Shown piece after piece: positions 10,921-19,697 of a stretch of DNA of 64,000 bases (positions are counted from its first letter, which is position 1; every line of letters begins with the position of its first letter). The translations under genes were made by a program, and so were the position numbers. The DNA is from Histomonas meleagridis 2922-C6/04-290x (taxonomy: Eukaryota > Protista > Parabasalia): assembly GCA_020184695.1 (NCBI GenBank), contig JAANOX010000095.1, positions 186,001 through 250,000 on the forward strand. Reading direction: 5' to 3'. The notes beneath the pieces were generated by a model. That model ran no database searches. It saw only the letters and a program-made list of their open reading frames with translations, and was not told the origin of the DNA.

Positions 10921-11250
10921 ATGAAGCTTGCTTTACAAGATAATTGCAAATCATATGAGACAATAACAAAATCTATTAGAAATCACAAAACATCAAAAAC
11001 CGTCCAGGAGTCAGAAGACACCATAGATTTCGACGACATTAAAATTGTGAATGAAAAAATTTTATATGTACTTGATGAAAAACCATTTGCACCAGTTCGT
11101 TATATAGCTAACAGCACAGGCACTCCAAAAAGTACAATGCATTATCATTTGACCCAAATCGTATATATTTGTAATATTATCATCAACAAAACAATTTACA
11201 TACTCTATATAAATTTATTTATTCATTACGTCATATTACAACTATCATAA
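10921..11250 (+). pseudogene. Possible helix-turn-helix remnant (Tc1/mariner-like N-terminus)
   Basis: LDEKPFAPVRYIANSTGTPKSTMHYHL resembles a transposase HTH; there is no DDE domain and the ORF ends overlapping the convergent gene's stop. Inference only. Confidence 0.3.
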
Positions 11251-12285
11251 ACTATCGTATCCAACATGTTGCATTGAGCTTCCACTCGAAGCATTCATAT
11301 TCGTATTCATTATTGCATTCGCATTCGTCTGTTGCTGTTGCTGCTGTTGAATTCTTATCTCGTTTTCGCTCGGAATTACTTTTGGTTGCATATTCTTTTG
11401 CCTTTGAGAGTTACGCGCGTGTGCTCTCGTTCCTTTGGATCTGTGGCCCTTCTTCCTTCTGCTTGGCTTCTGCTGTTCTTCTGATTTTGGATTTGATGTT
11501 GATTGAATTATCGAATTCATAAGGTCATCATCTTCGCCGCGCTGTTGTGTTGTTTGGTTGATATTGTAATCCTTGGGGTAAAGAGATATCTCATAATCAT
11601 CAGGGATTTTGTTGCTTTGGAATTTCCCATAATTATCATCATCACTCCAAAATTCATCTTCGTCATTCTTAGGCTTTGAGGTACGAACAGATGGATCACG
11701 GCCAGGCTGGAAAAGAGAATTAAGACGAAGAATTTCTTTTGTAGAAAAACTTAACAATTGATGATAGGCTTGATAGATCCCAAGACGCCATGGAATCTCA
11801 ATCCAGTTGGATATTTCAGACATACCTAGGTTGGTGGCCATGGAAGATTCAATGGAATAACAACGATTAAGAAATTTGTTAAATGAGGGATGAAGAGAAG
11901 CTGTAATGACATCTTGAAAATTAGTAAGTAAAGCAATGGGTATGTTGGGTTGAGTTTGTTCAATAACTTTAATAGCATAGGTGACACTCTCGGATTCTCG
12001 AGGATCATAAAGAATAATAATTCCGTTTGGAACTCCTTGCGTTGTTGTAGTAAGAGCAGGACTCATAGATACGGTATCCATTAGTGTAATGTTAACAATT
12101 GTATCTGGGGAAGATGGTGGAATCCATTTGATTTTGGATGTCTGGGTAAGTGGAGTTGGAGTATATTCTTCAGAAAATTGTTGTCCACCCATCCTTTTCA
12201 TAAGTGATGATTTTCCAGTTCTTTTGTAGCCACGGATAAGTATTAAAACTTCAGATTGAGCAATCTGAGCTTGCCGGAAGTTCAT
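11245..12285 (-). CDS. Rab-like atypical small GTPase (RABL6/RBEL1-like)
   Basis: ILIRGYKRTGKSS P-loop, QFSEEYTPT switch-I-like segment and ESSMATNLG...IEIP segment match the RABL6 layout; acidic and basic low-complexity tail. Confidence 0.75.
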   Translation of the reverse strand: MNFRQAQIAQSEVLILIRGYKRTGKSSLMKRMGGQQFSEEYTPTPLTQTSKIKWIPPSSPDTIVNITLMDTVSMSPALTTTTQGVPNGIIILYDPRESESVTYAIKVIEQTQPNIPIALLTNFQDVITASLHPSFNKFLNRCYSIESSMATNLGMSEISNWIEIPWRLGIYQAYHQLLSFSTKEILRLNSLFQPGRDPSVRTSKPKNDEDEFWSDDDNYGKFQSNKIPDDYEISLYPKDYNINQTTQQRGEDDDLMNSIIQSTSNPKSEEQQKPSRRKKGHRSKGTRAHARNSQRQKNMQPKVIPSENEIRIQQQQQQQTNANAIMNTNMNASSGSSMQHVGYDSL

Positions 12286-12364
12286 TTGAAGGGCACCCCT
12301 AAAGCCGTTTAAACGTTTATGTCGTTTAAAGACGTTTATTTTTGGTTCTAAATTATTTTATTTT
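12286..12364. promoter_or_regulatory. 79-bp bidirectional promoter with four CGTTTA motifs
   Basis: CGTTTA at 12306, 12314, 12323 and 12333, including the palindrome TAAACGTTTA (12310-12319), between divergent ATGs. Confidence 0.5.
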
Positions 12365-14116
12365 ATGGATTCTAATAAATCAAACCCACCATCATCAGAT
12401 CAAGGTGCCTCTCTTAATGATGAAAGTTTAAAAAAGATGCTTCATATGATTGATGTTTCTATGGGTAGATGTCCTGCTGATCTTGTTCTTAAAAATTGTG
12501 AATACTTAAATGTTTTTACTGACGAATATTGTAAAGGTGATATCGCAATTTCAGGTGGTAAAATAGCAGGTATTGGTAATTATTCTGGTATTGAAGAATA
12601 TGATACAACAGGTTATAGAATACTTCCAGGATTTATTGATGGCCACATTCATTTAGAAAGTTCTTTAGTAGCACCATCCGAATTTTCCATGGCAGTACTT
12701 CCACATGGTACGACTACTGTTATAATTGATCCGCATGAAATCGCCAATGTTATGGGTGTTGACGGTATTCAATATATGATTGAGTCCACCACAAATTTAC
12801 CAATTGATGTTTTTATAATGATTCCAAGTTGTGTGCCAGCTACTTCAGAAGATGAGTCTGGTGCCATTCTTGATCATACTATTATTGAATCATTATTAAC
12901 TAAACCACGAGTATTAGGCTTAGCCGAACTCATGAATTATCCTGGTGTTGTTAATGGTTCTGTAAATGATCTCTTAAAGATTATCATTGCACAAAAGCAT
13001 AACTGTCCAATCGATGGACATGCGCCAGGTTTAAATGGTAACTCATTAAATGCTTATGTAGCATCTGGAATTAGAAGTGATCATGAATGTTCTACAATTG
13101 AAGAAGCTAAAGAGAAACTACGTTTAGGTCAAATAATTATGATACGTGAAGGAACTGCAGCACATAATCTTTCATCTTTAGTTTCATTATTACAATTACC
13201 ATATTCGAATCATTGTGCATTTTGTACTGATGATAAACATCCGAATGATTTAATTAATAAGGGACACATTGATTATATTTTAAAGAAATCTATTTCACTT
13301 GGAGCTGATCCAATCCAAGCTATAAAGGCATCAAGTTATAATATCTCAAAACATTTTAATCTTAATGATCGTGGTGCAATAGCACCTGGTTACATAGCCG
13401 ATTTGATTTTAATTAATGATAAATATGATGTTCATCGTGTATATAAAAACGGAACTTTAATGTCCGAAAATGGTAAATTAATTAATTCCATTACTATCCC
13501 TAAAGTTAATGAGAAATTAATCGACAAGACATTAAACACAATGAACTTAAACGAATTGAAAAAAGAAGATTTCCAAGATGAAAATCAAAAACATGGAATA
13601 ATCGGTATAATTAATAACGAGTTAATTACAAATGATTGTGGTTTTGCATCTGAAATTGATGTTACTAAAGATATTTTGAAAATTGCTGTTATAGAAAGGC
13701 ATCATAACACTGGCCATGTCGGAATTGGCTATATAAATGGCTACGGATTGAAAGTTGGCGCTGTAGCAACAAGTGTTGCTCATGATTCACATAATATAAT
13801 TGTCGTTGGTGCTGACGAGAAATCAATGGCTTTGGCTGCAAATAAAGTTAGAGCGATGGCTGGTGGAATAGCCGTGGTGAAAAATGACGAAGTTATCGCT
13901 GAAGTGCCTTTGCCGATTGCAGGTTTGATGAGCAATGAATCATTGACTGAAGTAAATGAAAAATTAGAAAGCGCACTTGAAGCTGCTAAGAAATTGGGCG
14001 TAAATGAAGGTGTGGCGCCGTTTATGACATTGTCTTTTATGTCATTGCCAGTAATTCCAACATTAAGAATAACTACAAGTGGTGTGTTTGATGTGACAAA
14101 GCAAAAATATATTTAA
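12365..14116 (+). CDS. ade: Adenine deaminase (amidohydrolase family, bacterial type)
   Basis: 583-aa ORF with PGFIDGHIHLESS, DPHEIANVMG, LAELMNYPGV, DGHAPG, DHEC, IREGT, CTDDKHP and SVAHDSHN motifs diagnostic of bacterial adenine deaminase. Confidence 0.95.
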   Translation: MDSNKSNPPSSDQGASLNDESLKKMLHMIDVSMGRCPADLVLKNCEYLNVFTDEYCKGDIAISGGKIAGIGNYSGIEEYDTTGYRILPGFIDGHIHLESSLVAPSEFSMAVLPHGTTTVIIDPHEIANVMGVDGIQYMIESTTNLPIDVFIMIPSCVPATSEDESGAILDHTIIESLLTKPRVLGLAELMNYPGVVNGSVNDLLKIIIAQKHNCPIDGHAPGLNGNSLNAYVASGIRSDHECSTIEEAKEKLRLGQIIMIREGTAAHNLSSLVSLLQLPYSNHCAFCTDDKHPNDLINKGHIDYILKKSISLGADPIQAIKASSYNISKHFNLNDRGAIAPGYIADLILINDKYDVHRVYKNGTLMSENGKLINSITIPKVNEKLIDKTLNTMNLNELKKEDFQDENQKHGIIGIINNELITNDCGFASEIDVTKDILKIAVIERHHNTGHVGIGYINGYGLKVGAVATSVAHDSHNIIVVGADEKSMALAANKVRAMAGGIAVVKNDEVIAEVPLPIAGLMSNESLTEVNEKLESALEAAKKLGVNEGVAPFMTLSFMSLPVIPTLRITTSGVFDVTKQKYI

Positions 14117-14434
14117 GTAAAAAAAACTTTAGAAGAATTACATGTAATTAAATTTGTGTGATTCATTTGGAAATATTTCATAATTCTTATATGTTGATTT
14201 TTTTTTAATTACAATTTTATAAAGGTATTTCTGTGATGAATTCTATCCAAATAATGTAATTATCAATGAATGTCCTTTTAATGAATATATACTGCATTAT
14301 AAGGCTTGATACTTATAAAAAAAAAAAAAGTGTAATAGTATGTCAACAAATTCCATAAGCAATTTTACAGTATTATTTAGTTAGTTTCTGATTTAATTAG
14401 GAAATATATAAACGCAAAAATACTTTTAAATAAT

Positions 14435-14550
14435 AAGGAATTGATGTAAATAAATATATCTATTTTTAATTTGTTGTAATAATTTGGAATATATTTTGAT
14501 AATTTTATATTTATCATAATAATTTGAAATATATTTTAGTATTTTTATGT
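14435..14550 (+). pseudogene. Degenerate ankyrin linker relic with 20-nt periodicity
   Basis: AAGGAATTGATGTAAAT (K-G-I-D-V-N) followed by AATTT at 14481, 14501 and 14521, with TTTGGAAT and TTTGAAAT 40 nt apart. Confidence 0.4.
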
Positions 14551-14843
14551 TAGTCTCTATTAAACCTTGGTATTTTGTTTATCATCCTTTCATATCTATG
14601 CTGAATATTAATATTTAAACAAGAAAGTTTTAATTCTCATAGTTCATCGTCATTTTAGTTTAATTCATTTCCGGTTTCAACCAATCATAGTATTAAAAAA
14701 CTGTTTTAGATAACACTTACATTTACATCTCAGCATAATAATGTTTAAGTGATACGTCTTAAAGAATTTTTTAATATCTAAGACAATAATTTCAAAGATT
14801 ACATTAGCAAAAACAATTTTTGACTATATTTCCCGTATTTTAG

Positions 14844-16256
14844 TTATTTTTTTTTGTTTCCTTTTACATTTTCTGTTTTCACATAATTACTTTTGCCAGA
14901 GCTATTCTTTTTTCCCATTAGCCACGCATATACATTCATTATGATGAACATTGAAAACGACATAATCGTGCCCAAGTAGCCAATACTTTTTCTCACAAAA
15001 AAGAAGGAATCAAAAGTTCTATACCAAAAAGTAGAAGTAGCGTTAGACATTGATGCGATTTTCCAAAAGTGGTACAACGCAAAACTTATTTTCGAGCTCG
15101 AATTCGGCTGGAAATATTTCTGAATCAATTGATCGGCAACCGACGAGCTGACAACTTCAGGAAGCAACATCAAGTAAACAGGGTCAAAGCCATGCCAAAG
15201 CGCAGATACGACGAAGACAGAATGATGCGAGAACGTGTAACTGAATCCATTATCCTTTAATTGATAAAATAAATATCGCTTAAAGAATATATGTGATGTA
15301 TGGTTCCATACTTGAAGCCATGCACCTACAGATGGTGTCTTAAGCAATTGTATTAGACCCATATTCGAACAGTCATAAAAATCTTCAACTAATGGAGTTT
15401 CACAAACACCTGTTTCATATATGGCCGATTCTACTGGATGCCATGCAGGATAATATCGACACAATTGTCCAATTGTACATATTATGGAGAGTAAGAAACG
15501 GATAAACACATTTTGGCGCAAAAACCATGGTTGCGAATAAAAGGAAATTTGGAATTTGCTCATGAAAAGAAGATTAAAGATTGACCAAAAAATACTTGAA
15601 AAGAAGCGTTCAATAGAATATTTGCGTGATTTGGAATTGGCTGAGATCTTGGGCCGGTTACCAACAGTAAGAATATAATCAAAGATCTTGAACTCAAAGG
15701 CCGGGCCAGAGTTACCGCCCATGGGCGTGAGACAATATGCAAACCAATCAATAAGTGATGGCTTTTTTTCAAGTGCAAGGCGCTTCGCAAATTCTCGTTT
15801 TATAGTTTTGCCTTCTTTGATCTGGCGACCATCATAAAGATTAAAAGTTGTTATAACAATTCGATTAAATAAAATCATAACAATGGCTGTAACTTCAAAA
15901 TCCCATGATTCACATGCTTTGAGTTTTTGATAAAGATTAACAGCAGTGTTTATGCCCATTGCAATGAAAGAAACAACATATGGATTTTTGTCCAAAATAA
16001 AATAAGTGAAAAAAGTAATTACAATTGGAATGATAAAATCATTTTTGTATAAGATCCGGCTGAGAATAACACCAGTAATAATATGGAATAGAGAATGAAT
16101 AATCCTTGATTTGATACGTGGTAATACCCAACGATATAGAGGCATTAAGCTCATTGTCATGATGCAAAGCCAAAATACAGGTCCTATAAATTCATAAACT
16201 TCAATAAACTTTTCTACAAATGATTTTTGCACTTCAGTTGATTCCATTGATATCAA
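14844..16256 (-). CDS. MBOAT family acyltransferase (lysophospholipid acyltransferase-like)
   Basis: Multi-TM protein with WNHTSHIFFKRY and VVSALWHGF (catalytic His) motifs; ends in KKK (dilysine ER-retrieval-like). Confidence 0.92.
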   Translation of the reverse strand: MISMESTEVQKSFVEKFIEVYEFIGPVFWLCIMTMSLMPLYRWVLPRIKSRIIHSLFHIITGVILSRILYKNDFIIPIVITFFTYFILDKNPYVVSFIAMGINTAVNLYQKLKACESWDFEVTAIVMILFNRIVITTFNLYDGRQIKEGKTIKREFAKRLALEKKPSLIDWFAYCLTPMGGNSGPAFEFKIFDYILTVGNRPKISANSKSRKYSIERFFSSIFWSIFNLLFMSKFQISFYSQPWFLRQNVFIRFLLSIICTIGQLCRYYPAWHPVESAIYETGVCETPLVEDFYDCSNMGLIQLLKTPSVGAWLQVWNHTSHIFFKRYLFYQLKDNGFSYTFSHHSVFVVSALWHGFDPVYLMLLPEVVSSSVADQLIQKYFQPNSSSKISFALYHFWKIASMSNATSTFWYRTFDSFFFVRKSIGYLGTIMSFSMFIIMNVYAWLMGKKNSSGKSNYVKTENVKGNKKK

Positions 16257-16547
16257 AGAAACAAACGGTTAAAACCGCACTCATCTGACTGTATTTCAAA
16301 AAGTGGTAATAAACTATTCTATTACTTTGCACAATTTTTTGATCTCATTTTTTCTGCAGAAAGAAAATTTTCATTAAATGGAGATATCCTTATCATTTTC
16401 CAGCAATATTTTAGAAACCATTTGTTATCTTACTTATTAAATATGAAAAAAAGCAAACATAAAAAGATAAAAAATTTACAAAAGCAAGAAAACGATACGA
16501 AATTGTTAACTTTACCTAAATAAAAGTGGCGGGAAAAATCATTTCTT

Positions 16548-17649
16548 ATGTCTAAAAACATTGATGTGAATGAACAATTAATCCTAAACTATTTAATTGC
16601 TGATGATTGTGATTCTCTAAAATCAGAAATAGAAAAAGGTTTAGATCCAAATCAACAATTTTTTTGGATAATGAGTGATGATCTTCCTGATATCCTAACA
16701 AATTCACCAACTCTTCTTTCAGTAGCAGCATTTCAACGCGCAGTGAAGTGCTTCAATTATTTACTTGAAATTGGTGCTGATATCAATAAGTTAGATGAAG
16801 CCGAAACTCCAATTTGTCATTTTGCAGTAGCTGGAGGAAGCATGGAAATCATTCAAAAGCTTGATGAGAAAGGTGTTCAGTTTACAAGTTCCCTACAAAT
16901 TGCAGCCAAATATGGACGATTCGAAATCTTTAAATGGCTGCTTGACAACAAAGGCTTTGACATAAATGAACGAGACCAATACAATAGGACATTTCTTCAC
17001 ATTGCATCCGAAGGAGGCAATTGTGAATTAGTCAAATTTCTTATTGAGAAAGGATTAGATATTAATTCCATTGATGGAATTTTATTTACTTTTAAACTGT
17101 TTATTTTTAATATTTGGTATTTATTTACTTTTTAATGGACTCCATTACATTTTGCTGTCGAAAACAATCAGATAGAAGTTGTTAAGTTACTTCTTAGTGA
17201 TAAAAGAGTAAATGTGAACTGTAAAGATTTTGTTTTTGAAACATCATTATTAATGTTTCATGAATTTGGTAATTGCATGCCTTTACATCTTGCAGTTCAT
17301 AAAGGGAATGTACAAATGGTTAAAACACTTCTTCAATCACCAAAGATTGATGTGAACTGCAAAGATTCGGATATTTATTTTATTGTTTTGGAGTTTTGTG
17401 TTTATATTTAATACACCAATGCATATAGCTGTGATGAATAAAAACAAAGAAATTGTTGAAGTTTTATTACAGACAGGTAAAGTTGATTTGTCAATTAAAG
17501 CTGTTCATTTGTTTTATTACTGAATATTTGTTTGATTGTTTTGGCGTTTTTTATTTTGATTTAAAACTCCTTTGGAATTATCAACAGATTCAGATATAAC
17601 GAATTTTATTAATAGATACTCAAACTCAGGTATGTGTAATTTTGCTTAA
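16548..17649 (+). CDS. Ankyrin-repeat protein interrupted by eight 17-nt spacers (3+2+3) plus one unexplained 36-nt in-frame insert
   Basis: The ORF track stops at 17135, but ankyrin repeats continue (TPLHFAVENN, MPLHLAVHKG, TPMHIAVMNK, TPLELS) to TAA at 17647-17649. 1102-136 = 966 nt = 322 codons; ends SGMCNFA (CaaX-like). Confidence 0.75.
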
Positions 17650-18094
17650 TAAAATATTTTTTATTGATTTGTTTTGTTGGAATAAATCGCTTTATTTAAA
17701 TAATTAATTAAAAAAAATATAGTAGAATTTCGATTACAAATTTAATTATGCTTAATGTTTTATTATTAACATAATCTGTTTAAAGAGAATAAAATTAAAT
17801 TCATAGACATTGAAACATAGATGGATGCCGGGATGTAAAATATACTATTAAATATATTGTATGATTTTTTTTTTATTTTTTCGAATTTGATAAGAAAATT
17901 TGTAAAATCAGAATGAAATGATAAGAGTACTGAAAGTTTTATTCAAAAAAAGCGTCATTAATATGTAAAATTAAACAGAAGGAAAAACATTATAGAATTA
18001 ATAAATGTTATTTAAACGAAAATTACACATAAATTTTTCATATAAATATCTATTATATATTGTTTATTATAATAAAAACATATGTTTAAGAAAG

Positions 18095-19525
18095 TTATTC
18101 ATTTTTTGCCATATTATCATAAATTATGGATTCATTGATTAGATTATATATTTGTTGACACAATTCGCAATCTTCTTCATTCAACTGAATGATCTCATCC
18201 AACGCTTCCATAATTCCGCTTTGGCACAGTGAGCACACGTATTCGTTTTTCGTATAAATTTTTCGAGATGTTTGTTCTCCAATTCTTACTATTTTATCAA
18301 TAAGCAACAATGTCGAATTCCTACATTCATAGCCTATGCTATCAGATAAGAAATTCACTAAAGTTTCCAAAATATTCGGATTCTCATCAATGAATTTTTT
18401 CACATCTGATTCTTCCCATAGCAGGCAATTAACAATTGTAATCAAAGCATTTACTCTTGCATGAAAACAACCATTTTCCAAATTATGTTGGAGGAATTCC
18501 AAAACCGGCCCGCCGATCACAAAGCCGATAATATTTGGATCGTTACAACAGCTGAAATTTCTGAGGATTATGCACAAATTGACACAAAGCTGACTATCGT
18601 CAATGTGTAATTGATTGAAAAAGTTCCCAAATCCAGAATTGAGAATGATAAACGAAAATTCGTCTTCATTAGAGGAAACTGCTATCAGTGCTTTAAGTAT
18701 AATTTTTTGTAAAGCGGCATCGTCTGGTTGAATTTTACTTATGATGTATGGTATAGAGCTTTGTATTGAAGGTAAAAAATCAAATTGCCGCTTAAAAACT
18801 TTACGAATAAATCGTATGTATAAAATGAGCTCATGGTAGAAATTACTGGATTTATTCCTTTCAATGAGAGATGGAAATTCGGTGATGAATGAAATTATAA
18901 AATCTGAATCTGGAAAATATTCCCAACAAAAAAAGGATGATAGAACGTTAAGGTAAGATTCAAGAATACGGTCTCTGTTAATGAAATATATCTGGATATC
19001 ATCATCTGGATTTCGGAAATAATTGTAAATGTCAACTAATGATTGAAAGAAGTTGGTTCCTAATAATAAAGAAGCAATATTATTTGATGTCTTTACCATG
19101 TTTGTCATGATGCCTAAAACAATGGGAGTTATATCAGAATCGTTTGGTTTGATTAAATCAAGAAATTGTGCAACGAAAAATTTTTGAAATAAAATATCAC
19201 AAAACCCTTCCTTCCCATAGACAATGCTTTTAATGCATTTCAAAAAAGGTAGTTGTATACTTGCTGATTGCTGAATATTCAAAATTGAAAAAAAAATCTG
19301 TTCTGTTACTAATTGTGGATGTTGCTCAAAGAAACCAAGTGCACTGGCAAGTAAAGTTTCATCTGGTTTGTTAAGTTTTGCTAAATTCTCAGAGATTAAA
19401 TTAATGTTAATTTCTTCGATTTCTGTTGGATCTATATTAGGTTTAAAGCTTGTTAGTTTGCCACGTGCAGAAGTTTTAAATTTTCGCCTTTGCTGTTCAA
19501 TTAGGCTAGTTTTAAATGATATCAA
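18095..19525 (-). CDS. Armadillo/HEAT-repeat protein (importin-alpha-like)
   Basis: 476-aa helical protein with ARM-like segments (NLCIILRNFS, ARVNALITIVNCL, LCQSGIMEALDEI) and a basic N-terminus. Confidence 0.6.
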   Translation of the reverse strand: MISFKTSLIEQQRRKFKTSARGKLTSFKPNIDPTEIEEININLISENLAKLNKPDETLLASALGFFEQHPQLVTEQIFFSILNIQQSASIQLPFLKCIKSIVYGKEGFCDILFQKFFVAQFLDLIKPNDSDITPIVLGIMTNMVKTSNNIASLLLGTNFFQSLVDIYNYFRNPDDDIQIYFINRDRILESYLNVLSSFFCWEYFPDSDFIISFITEFPSLIERNKSSNFYHELILYIRFIRKVFKRQFDFLPSIQSSIPYIISKIQPDDAALQKIILKALIAVSSNEDEFSFIILNSGFGNFFNQLHIDDSQLCVNLCIILRNFSCCNDPNIIGFVIGGPVLEFLQHNLENGCFHARVNALITIVNCLLWEESDVKKFIDENPNILETLVNFLSDSIGYECRNSTLLLIDKIVRIGEQTSRKIYTKNEYVCSLCQSGIMEALDEIIQLNEEDCELCQQIYNLINESIIYDNMAKNE

Positions 19526-19697
19526 AATTTTTCTGGACCAAAGTACGTTTGGAAAAAAACCTTACAAAATATTCAATGGTATTAACCAAATAAGAAAAGA
19601 ATTTTCTGATGTCAAATTTTCCATGTTGACAAAATTGAAACGGGGTGCTCCAAAAGTTGTATGGAATGAAAACAAATATTTCGGAAATTCATAATAA

